From: Lama glama
Lineage: Eukaryota
DNA: 64,000 nucleotides
Direction of reading: 5' to 3'
NCBI GenBank assembly: GCA_028534125.1
Contig: CM052817.1
Span: 78,058,001 to 78,122,000, forward strand
Each line of letters opens with the position of its first letter. The stretch's first letter is position 1. The position numbers and the translations under genes are program-made. Positions 24,712-37,734 of the stretch are shown here, piece after piece. The notes below the pieces were generated by a model. The model was not told where the DNA came from, did not search any database, and saw only the letters and a program-made list of their open reading frames with translations.

Positions 24712-25579
24712 CTGATTTTAGGGGAAAGTCAGAGATTGAAAGGGCAGTTTGAGGTGATAATATTAGGTCCCTTCAAAACACAGCAGTCTGAGGCCACCTT
24801 TGTTTTTCTGTCTATGTTGATGAATTTGTGACTCATCATTGTGCCCCATTAAATAGAATAATAAACTTTTTTTCCATAATTTGAGTAGTTCATACTGTAG
24901 GATTTTACTCTGCATGGAATGCTGCTTCTTAGGATTTTTGCTTTGTTCACTGCTTTTCATTATCTACAGCTTAGAAACTATACATCTTAAATAGCATCCC
25001 CTGCACCAGTCAGGTCTATTCCATTACTCTTCTTTATTTTCTGCATGGTAGTAAGTACTTTCTGAAGCATCTTGTCTCCCATGACTGGAATGTGCTCTCC
25101 ATGGAAGCAAATACATTGTGCATCTCCTGTACAGCTGAACCCTCCGTATCTGTGATTTCAGGAGAGCTCATGTTCCTTTATGATTCTGGCAGTTCAGACC
25201 ACCCATGGCTGCCCAATGGCACGATGGCATATTTGTGTGAATAGAAAAAGCCATCTTCTTTGGGCAAACTTTTTCACAAAGTCACCTCCTCTTGGTGAGA
25301 TGACCCCATAGGTGCAAATCTTGGCAGGTAGAATAAGTTATCATACAAACTAGTCATCCCCATGCTAGGATGCTCCACTGGTTGGATAATCTGCACAATC
25401 CCATTAGCAGTGACAGTGGTCCAATCTCTGCTATAGTTTCCAGCATCACCAAGACACTGGAGCATTGGAGATAGTAGGGGAAATCACACCCAGACTTAGA
25501 GAAGGGAGTCAGTTGTGGTGGCAAGACATAGATCCCTCTAACTTCTGCCTTATCCCTCACTCATGATCTGTTGTTGACA

Positions 25580-25815
25580 AGAACTGTGTCTTACCCTTAT
25601 GGCAAAGGGCTGTGTCTTATTCATTTCTAATTCTTCATCACCTAGCACTGGATTCAAAATTGTTCAAGAAATTTGAACTCATGTTAAAAAAAAGGGTGGA
25701 GACTAGAGAAAGAGGGTTAATGCAAAGAAGAAAAAAGGGAGGAAAGGAAGAGGAAGAAAGGGAGGGAAGGAAGGATGGGGAGGGTGAGGAGGAGGAAGGG
25801 AAGAAGAGTAAGAGT
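25580..25815 (+). repeat. L2 3' end remnant followed by purine-rich (GGA/GGAA) low-complexity tract
   Basis: ggcaaagggctgtgtcttattcatttc...cctagcactgg then gaggaagaaagggagggaaggaagg. Confidence 0.65.
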
Positions 25816-27139
25816 AAAGTTGCATAGACCTCAAGTGGACTTGACTCCTCACAGAGATTGGAAACACTCACATATTATATAATCACACAGCCACAGATGT
25901 CCCTGTCCTTGAGAATCATCAACACATATTTTTTGACTCCTCTACGACAGCCTTGTTCTAATATCTAGTGATTCAACTCTAAACCTATTCAACCTATCTT
26001 TCCATCCCATCTGCCTCTGCATTTTTAAGCGACTTTCATCTAATGTCCAAAGACCATTCTGGATACAATTCTGTCAAATCTTGAATTCTCCTTTTCACGG
26101 TTTTAGAGCTTCCTTTTCTTAACACACGAGAAACTAATGAGGAGAGCTTGCATTCACATTGCCCTCATGAGTGTGACAGTGGAAGCCAGCTGCCCTCCAT
26201 CCAGAAACTGAATAGGGCTTCAGCTTCCATTTGTCTGTTTATTCATTCAGCAGATGTTTCTTTCCTTCCTACTCCATGCCAAGCACTCTATGCCAAGTTC
26301 TTCTCTGAAATAAACTCCTCACCCCACCTTTAACCAGTCTTCTGACACATAAAGGTGTCTTTACCATTAGCTGACCCCTTGAGGCACAGCTCTCACTACA
26401 CAGCGTCCTGAACATGCCTGCTGGCCCATGTTGCATGTGCTTCTTTCTCTGCCTTGGTTAACTCTCGTCTTTTCTCATTCCTCAGCAGTTTGATACAAGA
26501 AGCTGCTGTTTAAAGAAGATGGACTCCCGTCTAGTCTCTTAAGGGTCTCTAACTCACCCAGCAAAATATCTTCTTTTCCTTAAACTCCTACTAAATATTC
26601 CTATTACTGTCTCTGGCTGAAAGTTAGATTATTGTCTTTTATAGTAACAGACTTGGAAAGAAATATTGTTTTATTTTGGGAAATGAAAACAAGGTTGACA
26701 CATTTAGAAGATTTTAAAGCATTTGATAGTGACCTGAACATAACAGATTGGATTGACAGGGTCTTTAGGAAGTTTAAAAATATGGAAAGTATGTGAAGAA
26801 AAAGATTTTAACATGTTGAATGCATAATTAGAAGAGTCTCAAACCCCAGAGAAACTGATACGTGGTGATGCATCTTGAGATGAGGTTTTGAAATTCCTTT
26901 AGGCCAGTAGTTCATATGAGAAATCTAGAACCATTTTAAAATGATTATATAGTGATTATATTGATGCAGAAGAAATGCTAGTTCCTTTTATTAAGAATAA
27001 CTGTTATACCTAATTTTGTCAAGACACCAGAATATTCAAAAGACTCCAGAAGGCAGGGTCACACCATACACTTTTGGCATCCTTCACGTGTGTCCACACG
27101 TACATTACGTCATTGGTTCTCACACCTCTGTGTCCAAAG

Positions 27140-27265
27140 ACCAACCTAAGCAGTTTCTTATAAAGCAGATGCTAGGCTTCAGTCCAGAGATGCTGAGTTA
27201 GGAGACTTGATTTCAAGCCCCCAAATCTGAATTTTTAATAATTACCTCTTGTGTTTCTAAAGCAA
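27140..27265. mobile_element. MER5-family MITE fragment
   Basis: gcagatgctaggcttcagtccagagatgctgagtt...cccccaaatctgaatttttaataattacctc. Confidence 0.6.
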
Positions 27266-27885
27266 GTCACATATAAGAGGTATACAGAAACTCAGCTGCA
27301 CAAAATTCCTGGTGGATAAATGGGATCAATCCTAATCACTAGTAGAATTTTTAAACATTTTAAATAACTTTCTTCTAGTTAAAAGAATTAAAGCAGCTAT
27401 AAAATCTGTGTGTTATAATAAAACAACCTTCCCATCTTCATTAGAATCTGTAGATGTTTGAATGTAATTATTTATCTATTCTTGATTAATGAGTTTAATC
27501 TATTTTCATCATTTCTTATGGTAACATTTTAAAATGTGTGAGTACAGTACCAATTCACTCTGCTGGAAAGACATATAGAATATACGCAGTATTTATATTG
27601 CATCAATGTAGAATCCATTCACACAAATTGGAAATTGTGGAAAAGGCTTGAGAAGTAGAGTGGTGGTGAGAGTGGTGATCAACATCCAGCCATCATCCTC
27701 AAAGCACGCAATTCACCTTAGAGTGAGCTCTTTCATGTTAAGCTTTCAGTGTCCGTTTGTTATGCATTCATTCATCTCCTGAAGTTCATGCTACTTTAAT
27801 ATTCATTCATCTTGAATAGCATGTCTACTGTTTTTTGAATTTTCTAACTAGAGGCTTAGAAAAGAATTGTCATTTTTTTAAAGGC

Positions 27886-27968
27886 TTTTTTTTTTTAAGA
27901 GCACTTTAAGGTTCATAACAAAGTTGAGAGGGAGGTACAGGGGATTTCCCATATCCATCCCGTCCCCA
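27886..27968 (-). mobile_element. L1MA/L1MB-type 3' terminal fragment
   Basis: T-run then aagagcactttaaggttcataacaaagttgagagggaggtacagggatttcccatat. Confidence 0.8.
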
Positions 27969-29179
27969 TAATATATGAAAGCTTATGGGCTTCAAACAAT
28001 CTAATTTACCATTTTCTGAGTCAACCAAAGGTCAGTGTTTATTGCCACAGCACACAAACCCTCCTTGCCATGGAAGGTGCAAAGGCTGGAGATCCTGTGC
28101 GACCACCTCCTCCCTCCCCCCATAATTGCTGCAAGAGTCTGGTGCTTGCAATGTGACTGCAGTTTTCCACCAGAGCCTGCTATTGTCAAATCCTCAAACT
28201 TGGAAAATGTTTGAAACTGTTTTCTCTCTGAGGCTATAATTATTACCATAATGTTGCTGAGGTAGAGGGTGCTTTTCCTTGGCTATGTCTCCCAGCTTTT
28301 TGGCTATGTTCTTTCCCCATTGTGGCCACGTTTTCTTCTTCAGCTTTACCTTCCGGAAAGGTTCAGTCAGATTCATGGTGCTGGATGCCACTTATTCATT
28401 CAGCAGCTTTTAGGGAACACAATTTCTGTGTCCAACACCAGGTGGTATAAGAGCACCTCCGTGAGCTTCAGGTAGTTTCAGTTATTACGCAGGGTTTATG
28501 TGTGCAATCAAACCATGGTGTGGAGAATATAATGATCTTTGAAATGCAGGAATGGAATGAGATCTTAATAGTTACGAACCCCACTTTCAGGTAAAACCAC
28601 AGCTAATGCCAGAGAAAGGAGGCTCTGTTTTAAAACTTTCAGCAGAAGTGATTCCTTAGCTCCCCTCATTAGCTTACTGTAGTGTTTTATTCAGAAAAAA
28701 AATTAAAATAAGGATTTTCTGTAGTATGTCTTTAGGCACCATTTAAATTTAATAGTGCAGATATTTCTGAAGATCCACGTTTAAATTAGGAATTTTTTGA
28801 AGGTGATCAAAGTTATAATTTAAGAGTTTTAAAAACGTAAAGATTATAATTTCTGACCTTGGAAAAATACTTACTCTCAAACCTTACAACTTTTCCTTTG
28901 CCATAGATTCTTCTCTGAAATGTAATGTAAATACGTAGTTCTCACCTCTTTTGATCATTCATAGCACTTTTTGACATTTTTGGTGTCTTGAATTTTGGTG
29001 CCTAGACAAATTATAACAATATTAACTTGGGTGTCTGTTAAAAGTAGCTATTTCAACTACGACTGAGAAATGTTGGTGCCATTTAGCACTCATTGTTATG
29101 ATACGTGATTCTCCATTTTGTTCTGATTTGCGTTCTTCTTCAGTTACTTGATTATGTGTCTCGTACACAAATCATTCGT

Positions 29180-29300
29180 TAAATGGAATTTTTTCCTAAT
29201 GAAACTGTAAGCTCCCTTTGAAGGCCAGGACACTGCTCTGTTCCTCTTTGTACGCTGGGGGTATCATAATGCATTAGGGACTCAGGATGCTGAATTTGAA
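29180..29300 (+). mobile_element. L2 3' end fragment
   Basis: aactgtaagctccctttgaaggccaggacactgctctgttcctctttgta. Confidence 0.65.
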
Positions 29301-31549
29301 TTTCTTTACATCTTTATTACTTTCTTCTATCCCCTATTTCTAAATTCCATCTAAATTCATTTTTAACCCACTCCTAATTTAGTAGAATGTATTAGATTTC
29401 ATATCTTTCTTTTAAAATTCTGACTAAATTTAGATTCCTTTCTCTCCTTTTTACTATTCCTAATGATTCCCATGGTGCTTCTCTCAGTTGGATCAGCTCT
29501 TCCTTAGTTATTCTCCCTGCCTTTCTGTTTCCATATCTTTACACTCAATGGTGGCTAACCAGGTACATTTAAAAATGAAGAGAAATATCAAGTGCTAGAT
29601 AAAGTTGACACTTCAGTATTAAATTACTATCTCTTGTTTGTGCATTTTTAATATGTGAAATTTTGCCTCAATTACTGTCACTTTAATTAATATGCTTCCA
29701 TATAAAATACAAATAATGTCATTTTACTCTCTTTAGGGTGAGTTATTTATTCATTCACATAAACATCTTTTTTAGGCAAGATTAAAGAAAGACATGTAGG
29801 TGTGTAGATAGAGATATTAGTTATTCATTCTACCGTATTTTGAATTCTGTATTCTTTCACTTTTTAAATCTAGATGATGCTAATCTCTTCATTTTATTCC
29901 ATTATAGATTAAGAGGGGATTTTCTTCAACAAACAGGCAGAAATCTTAGAAGCGGCAGCTAGGAGCCTTCTAACAAAAGAATTCTGGGGGAAAAAAGAAG
30001 GATGCGGGGGACAGAGAGGTGGGGAAGAGATTGTGCTCTTCACTGTTCTGCACCAGTATGGACGCTGATCTAACCTGTGCAGCCTTAGGCAACGAGGAGG
30101 AAATTTCTGCTAGTGATTCCCAACTCCCTGCCACAGCCACAGGCCTATGGAAACCATAAGAATTTCTCTACCATTTCTACATAGTCTCCAAATAGTTTCC
30201 TGTCAGTAACAGTTTAGATATTTAAGGGAAAAAAGTTCTCTCTAATGCCAAATTCTAAGGAATAACATTACTTTTAAAGACCAAATTAATGTAGTTGATA
30301 TATAATAGCTAGCACTCTCATTTGTTAATTAATAGTAAGATTGTTAATAAATATTTGAAGAGTGTTGGGTATAATGAAGAAATTAAATTAAAAATATTAG
30401 GTGTCTGAGGAGTGTTTTTAAGAAAACTGATAACCAATGGTTTACGTTGGACTTTACCAGAAGAAGACACTGTGACCAGTAGGTCAGCATGGAACACAGG
30501 AAGAAAAGGGTGTCAGAGAAAGAGAATTTTACAGAGTTTAAATAATACTAACCACTGAATATGGTGGACAAGAATATGGTTTCCAGAGAAGCATATTCAC
30601 TTGTGTGCCACCACCATTTTCTTAAATGTAATACTCATTAAGCAATGGTTTGTCGTGAGCACAGTGTCTTTGCATCATATTTACAATAGATTATAAAACA
30701 AATTATTTAATTATTCCCATTTTGTATCCTAAATTTGTTATGTATAAAATTTTACAAAGGAATATATACATTGAAAAGTGTATTTCCCCTAATTTTTCAA
30801 TATTTTAAACAATTCAGTAAAATCTGTAGTGATAATCCTAGGGCCTATATCCCAAGTTATATGCTAGGATAAACTACTGTAAGAAATCAGAGGTTTTTTC
30901 TTTTTTTAAGTCTTTCATACATATTTGTTAAGTTTACTTTATGAAAGATTAAACTGATTTACATTCTGAGTGTTTTGAAGCTCAGTTTTGCCAACACAAT
31001 ACTGTATGAAGGCTTCCAGGAACAGATAAAAGCTGTTTCATGTAAGAGCAGGATGGTTTTTGTTTTGTTGTGAACATCAGCCCTTTTAGTTTCTGTCACT
31101 TTGTTGGTTTTAAGTCCATGTATTGAGCTGATGTTCTCAGTAAAGGTTTGATGTCTTTGTTTGCTCTTAGCTGAATGTTCTAGCCCACCATCCTTTACAC
31201 ATGGTGTGAAACTTTAACACATATACAATCTAATTGAAAATCACCAGACCACTCTTGACTCATTTATACCACTTCATGTATATTTCTTTCATTTTGGCAT
31301 TTAGTAACTGAAAATTTGGAGCATATGTTCTCCTAGTCTCAACAAGATCATTTTCATATTTTTTTTAAAAAATTTAAGACCAGTCTTAGTATTCAGAGGA
31401 CCTCACTATTAATACTTCATTCCATTTATCACCTCCTAAGCATATTCCCTCCCCTGAACATATCTGCCCCCTCAAGTAACTAATAGATTATTCCAGCATT
31501 ATTACATCCCAGAAACAATGTTGTCTTTCAGCATCTCAAAATTGAAAAA

Positions 31550-31730
31550 GAACTAACATTTATTGAGTGTTTGTTATGTAAAGCACTGAATGCTTTACAC
31601 ATTATTTCATTTAGCATTTTCAACAGTCCTGTTATTTAGATATCATTTACTTATATTTTATAGATGATTAATCTGAAGCTATAACTATTTTAAGGAAGGC
31701 TCTTTTTAAGTCCAAAACTCATGGTCGTCT
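31550..31730 (-). mobile_element. MIR
   Basis: actaacatttattgagtgtttgttatgt...tgctttacacattatttcattta...caacagtcctg...tttatagatga. Confidence 0.8.
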
Positions 31731-32984
31731 TTGTGTAAATCTTTCCTTGTTAATACTGTTTTCTTTTTCTATTCATTTTTAGTTACAAAAGTTCCAAGTG
31801 GGAGTAATAAAGTCTAGAGAGGTGAAAAATAATGACTGAAAATGAATATGAAATTTATTGCCTTGAATGTTACTGATGACTTTGTTAAATAGCACTTTAG
31901 GAGTGATAAGTGTAAAAGTCCAGTTGGTATTGTCAAGAAATGAGTGAGAGCTGAGAAAATAGAGAGCTCATAGAGACTACTAGTAGATGAATTTTGGTTG
32001 GGGACAGTGGCGAGAAAGGCAGTATCTGGAAAGTTACATAGTTTCTTGTCTATTTATGTATATTTATTACATAGAGATCAGGCAAACTCTAAGTTACAGG
32101 AGAGGCACTGGCCATGGAAAGAAGGAGGGACAATTTGATGTTTTGCTTTGGAGACTTTTTTTACACATTTATGTATTACAGCTGACTTTACCTCCTTAAA
32201 CTAAGACTACACTATTTTTCAATCTTCAATAATATTAAGATTAGACACAATGAAGTCAACAGAAAAACTCACAGAACATTTTTAGAATTTTTTCATTCAT
32301 CTTCTTTTTACCCAGGGATGTAGTAATTATCTTAAATGCAGAATAGTTTAACACCCAGAAACCTTCTTGGTCAACCACAGTGGATCTCAAACTTAGAGGT
32401 GCACAGAAATTACTAAATAGAATGATATGTGTGCTATCCTCCACAACACTATATTATCATATTTGTGTTTTCATTTTTGTCAGCTTATTGGACACTTTCT
32501 CATTTTTAAATTAATTAATCCATGCTCTCTCTACTTCAGCACAGAGAATTTAGAATGAGGGAAGCTTTATATATTCCTCATTTTATTTCTAAATAATGAT
32601 TAACAAGTCCAGATTTTGCTTATGTTGAATTATCAGTTTTTGGTAAAGTTCCATCCTTGGCCAAGTTGACCCTGTATTTCATCCCCTTTACATACACCTA
32701 CTCTGGAAAATTAAAAAAAAAAAAAAAGAACTCTTTCATATGAAAAAACCTTCAACCCTTTCACAGATTTACTTATAAAAGTCTTCCTGCTTTAATCAAG
32801 AACTTTGAAGTCAAGTCCATGTCTTACTCATATTGTTTATTTATTATTTATCTCCAAGCCTGGTGATATTCAACAATGTGTGTTAATAAATGAATGGTTT
32901 ATGATTTGTTTTATCTAAATTGAGATATGTTCTTCCAAAATGAACATACTAGTGTTGTTTTAGACTAGTATTTTTGCTGACCAC

Positions 32985-33140
32985 TATCATAATTACCGAA
33001 AATACAATATCACAAATCCTCGCAACATTCTATAAAATAGGTATTATTAGTCCCAATTTACAAATAAGAAAATTGAGGTCCAGAGATTTTAAGTTAGTTC
33101 CACATTTTGACTCCAGAGTGCATGCTCTTTCTGCCATGTC
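32985..33140 (-). mobile_element. MIR fragment
   Basis: aatcctcgcaacattctataaaataggtattattagtcccaatttacaaataagaaaattgaggtccagaga. Confidence 0.8.
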
Positions 33141-36074
33141 ATGAATGGTGATATATTTGTTTGGGTTATAAAATCTTGCAATAATGAGTATATTTATTTC
33201 CTATCATACATTTTTACCCCTCACAGACCTACAGGGCAGAGGCCCTAAAATATTAGGCATTTTACCTTGATTTATCTTCTAGACAGAGCCACTCAATTTT
33301 TTCTATGCAAGGTGTTCTATGAAAGTATTAAATAGGTCTTCAAGTAGGCTTTTTCTCTTGAAAAGAATAGAACTATATATTCAGGCATTTCAATATCAAT
33401 GTTAGCTAATTGTGCCAAAATTTTTGTAAGTGAGTTGGAAAACATATTCTATTTAAGCATAATATGAGAAAATTATTTAGAACCAGATATTTGTCTGATT
33501 TCAAATATTTAACTCTTTAAAAACACTTAACCCTGGTTATATTCCAAAGTGCTTTGAAAGGAACTCGCCCTGAGTTCTGCCATTAACAGAATCCAACTTT
33601 TCCAAGGTACTCTGTAGAATACCATCCTGATTTGGGACTTCAGGGTAACTTGGCAGTGTCAGCACTCCCAGGCAACTCTCTGATCATCCGATGGCCTTTC
33701 TGTGACCTAGCCACAAGCACCCTATTAATCTGCTTTATCATGGGGATTATTAAAGAGAGGGCCACATCCTTCCACCAGGCACATCTGTTCCTAACTTGTC
33801 TTATCTCTCTGTGTCCAGTTCATACAGTACTCCTATTCTTCATCAGCCACAAACGTCTGTGCTTTTGAGAAGAAATCATTTTCTACCTTTTAACTTTCAT
33901 GACAACATTTAAAAATAAAAAAGTTCCTGTTCTGCCCTTTCCTACCTTATATCTACTTTCAAATACATAAAATGTGGAGTTTGCTCATAGAACCCAGTGG
34001 AGAGTACCCACTGTTCCCATCAAGTTTCACAGTTTTGCTACTTTTCACAAGAATAATCCTTGTTTAGAGCTTTGAATGATACCCACCAAAGCACCACTTT
34101 TATGCTTGTTTTAAACAAGTACATGAGTGGTTCTTCCTAGTGAGATCAAGGAGGCATTTCACAGAATGAGTCATGCTAATGGCAGTCTTGTTATACCTCT
34201 GATTCAGCCACATTTGAAAGGAGGTGCCTTGGGCTTGGCTGATGGGGTGTCTGTCCGTGTCCCCCAGTCTGGGACTTGTGGTGCTGTAAGCAAGGCAGGC
34301 TCATCAACCAGCACATTCCTCCCAGGTTCAGACTGGGGATTGCACAGGAGGAAGAACTCCATGTTCCTCCTCCCACACTGTCCCTGAGTAGTGAGTGCTG
34401 CTGATTGGGAAGAAATCTTGTTGCTTTAATTACAGCATTAAGTAAACAGATAATCTGCCCCAAATGACCCCTAACCACTTCTGAATGGCATATTTATCTT
34501 TAAGGTTCAATTTGTTTAAATTAAATACCTATTTTCATTAGTTCTTATAATTATTGAGACATAGAATATCATTTACCTATATCTTAACTGTTATTTAAAA
34601 AATTTAGGAATATATTCTTCTTTCTGTATTTAGTAATAGGATAAAAAAGGAGGATGTCATCACAGAACCCATCTATTCTTCCTCGGTTCAGACTTCCACA
34701 CTCTTATAAATAGCTAAAAATAAAGTTTACAGTGGACATGTTGGTGGATGGCTTTGCCAAGCAGTTCATGTGATATATGAGATTACTTGTATATAATGAA
34801 TATACCTGTGTATAATGAATCCATATATACCAGAAAATGTCAGCTACCAAGTAGCTCTTGATTAATTGTTGAATGGACATTAATTAATAAAATCTTTCTT
34901 AGGGCCAAAGCAATCTTTTATGCATGCACGTGTTTATCACAAAAACATCAACACAGTCTCTGGTAAGTTTCTGCAAGTGCATGGCAGGCTCACGGCTGAG
35001 AATGGTTTGGGGTTTTGGGGGCTGGAGCATTTTGATAAATGGAGATAAATGATTAAAACTGTTCAGTCTTTCTAAGCCCTAGCAAACTATGACAGCATAT
35101 AAGTCTCCAAAGAGATTTATGTTTGCTCTTCCATCTGGCCGTCCATAGCCACACCATTCCCTGGGGAGACCTGCAGCCCTAGTGGAGGATGAGAGTGTTC
35201 CACAGCTGTAAGAGATTTAGATCCCTTTAAAGTATTGCTTGAGCTGCAACAAACTGGGGTTTCAAAAGAAAGTGAGCAAAGCCAGAGGGTGTTCATGAGA
35301 TTCCCAGCCTTAACCTGGGGAAGCTCACCTGTCAATGTCGGCTCACTAAAACCTTCACTGAATTGTTAGCTGACATTACAAAGTGTCCAAGATGTCATCA
35401 TGTGCTGCAAACAAATCTGTGCACTTCCACGTGTTATTCCTGGGGCCAGAGCATAGCAAAACAAAACAAAACTTTGTGAACAAAAGCGTGTTTGTGGAAA
35501 ACTTCAGTTGTCGGTGAGGAAGGTGTGATGTGGGAGAAAGTGGCTATGTCATGTGTCACAGGAGGGGAAGGCTGGGTAAAGAATAAGGAGGGGGAGGAAA
35601 CTGTGTCTGTTTGGTGCCTTTCATGTACTAATGATGCTGACTCCCTGTTTTATGCTCTACTCGATGGTGGGCCCAGCCCTGTGTGATGACAGCAGGGGAA
35701 GGAGAGACAGCTAAGAAGCAGGCTGCCTGGATTCATTGTACCCACTACATAATGATCAGAAGAATAAGCATCCACATTTTCCCACCCCTGATTCCTCATT
35801 TTTGGGATTTCCTTTCACACAAAGAGGCAAAATGGGGATCAGGCAACTTAAATACAGGACTGTACAGTTTGCAGGTAAACATTGATGCTGACTGGTGAAG
35901 TCAGTCAAGCAACAATGAAGGTAGCCGGAAGGATTTGTATCTTTTGTAGAGGACAGCTTCACCAGTTTATGCCAAAGTTGTATTTTTGCCTCATGATCTC
36001 ATTCTTAATCTGCATCACAGATACTTCCTCAATTTATATTAGAACTTCTTCCTTTTAATTTTACAGTACTTTAT

Positions 36075-36631
36075 TGAGATATACAAACGCAGCAGTATAG
36101 AGCAGCACATTTCTAAGTTCTCAGTTCTGTGGGTCAGAGGTTTGTGCACTGCATGGCTGGGCTTTAGACGAAGGCTCTCACAGGTGGAAAGAAAGATATC
36201 ACTGGCTGCCTTCTCATCTGAATCAAGGATTGCAGATTCATTCAGGCAGTTGCAAAAGTTCAGTTCCTTGAGGTTGCAGAATTGAAATCCCTGTTTCTTT
36301 ACTGGCTGTCTCTCATCACCTAAGCAGCTGCCCACATTCCTCTCTGTGTAGTACACTCCATCTTCAAAGCCAGCAATGGAGAATCTTTCTCCTTTTAAAT
36401 TCCTCTCATGCTTCAAATCTCTCTATCCAGGGCAATCTCTGCCCTTTGCAGGGCTCATTTAATTAGCTCAGGTCCACCCAGGATAGTCTCCCTTTCTTCA
36501 AGTCAACTATGCTATATAACATAACCAATAAAAGACTGAAGTCCGTCATATCCCCAGTCCCAGGGATAAGACAGGGCATGTACACAAGGAAATGGGGATG
36601 TTGGGACTATCTTAGAAGTCTGTCCACCACA
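36075..36631 (-). mobile_element. MaLR LTR, MLT1E-type
   Basis: ctcagttctgtgggtcag...ttcagttccttgaggttgcag...ctccatcttcaaagccagcaatgg...ctatcttagaagtctgtccaccaca. Confidence 0.88.
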
Positions 36632-36689
36632 TCTAGAGACAAGATCATGCAGCAGCTTCTGGGTCATGTTAGTGATTTTTAGGTTTTTC

Positions 36690-37070
36690 AAAAAAATATA
36701 TTCTAGATAAAAATCCTTTGTCAAATATATGCATTGCACCTTGATTCTTCCAATATGTGGCTTGCCTTCCATTACTTAATGGAATATTTGATGTGCAAAT
36801 GTTTTTAATTGGGGTAAAGTCAAATCTTCATTTTTTTTTAGTTAATAATTAGCGTTTTATTTATTTTTTAAAGTGTAAAAAAATTTTTCCACACCAAGGA
36901 CATGAACAGTTTTTTTTTAGAGAACAGTGTAGTTTTTAGTTTCCACATTTATGTCTCTGATCCATTTTGAGTGCTTTGGATATCCAGTTGCTCCAGCACC
37001 ATTTATTATATACTTGCTTATTTTTAATTGAGGTATTGTATATGTTTTTCTTATTAAAATGTCATTACCC
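36690..37070 (-). mobile_element. L1M ORF2-derived fragment
   Basis: tatattctagataaaatcctttgtcaaatatatgcattgca...ggatatccagttgctccagcaccatttatt. Confidence 0.8.
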
Positions 37071-37084
37071 TTAGGTGATGATTC

Positions 37085-37605
37085 TATTGCCAGGAAGCAC
37101 TGAAGTTTTGGAGGTAGCCTACCATGTGTTGCTTCCTACACATCTTACATGGTGTAACAAGAACGCAAGGCCTGACCACTCTACCTGGGTGATTTCTCAG
37201 TGTGGTGTTAGTAGCTAGTGATCTTGAAAGATGAAGTAATGTTTCCCTCTGGGGCAAAGAGCAGGCTTTCTTACAGGATCTTACGAAATCAGTGGGCTCC
37301 CTGAGTTTGGTGTTCCTCGGCTGTGATGCCAACTGCTGTGTGCATCCGCTGTGTGCGTCCTTCTGAGCCGTATCACACCACTCCCATTGGGACTTCTGGG
37401 CCAGGAGGTCATGTAAACATGCAGATTCTCATGCTGCTTACTGTGCCGTGAGGAATGACGTTCTTTGTTTCTGACCCAGGAATCTCCAGTCTTCTGCCAG
37501 CATCCTTGAAACAGTGACTTACTATCTCATAAAGAATAAACTGTCTTGTAAAAGGCTAAGTGACTATCTTGTAGAAAGGATAAAATCAAATCCAAGACCT
37601 GACTA
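37085..37605 (+). mobile_element. ERVL-class solo LTR (MER70/MER76-like)
   Basis: ttctttgtttctgacccaggaatctccagtcttctgccagcatccttgaaac motif; related to 48225-48685 in the opposite orientation. Confidence 0.7.
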
Positions 37606-37734
37606 TGTCATCATATTCAATCATCAGACACCATATTAAATGACTGTTTTGATCACCACTTAATAGATTAAAAGGCTGAGACTATAAGAGGCTAAGGAAC
37701 TTGCCCAATTTTATTGACTGACACAGTCGAAACT

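Noticed and set aside
25612-25871. E/K/G-rich and F/S/L-rich ORFs on opposite strands
   Set aside because: Translations of a purine-rich low-complexity tract
36039-36416. 125-aa ORF
   Set aside because: Non-ATG start; lies almost entirely within an MLT1E LTR
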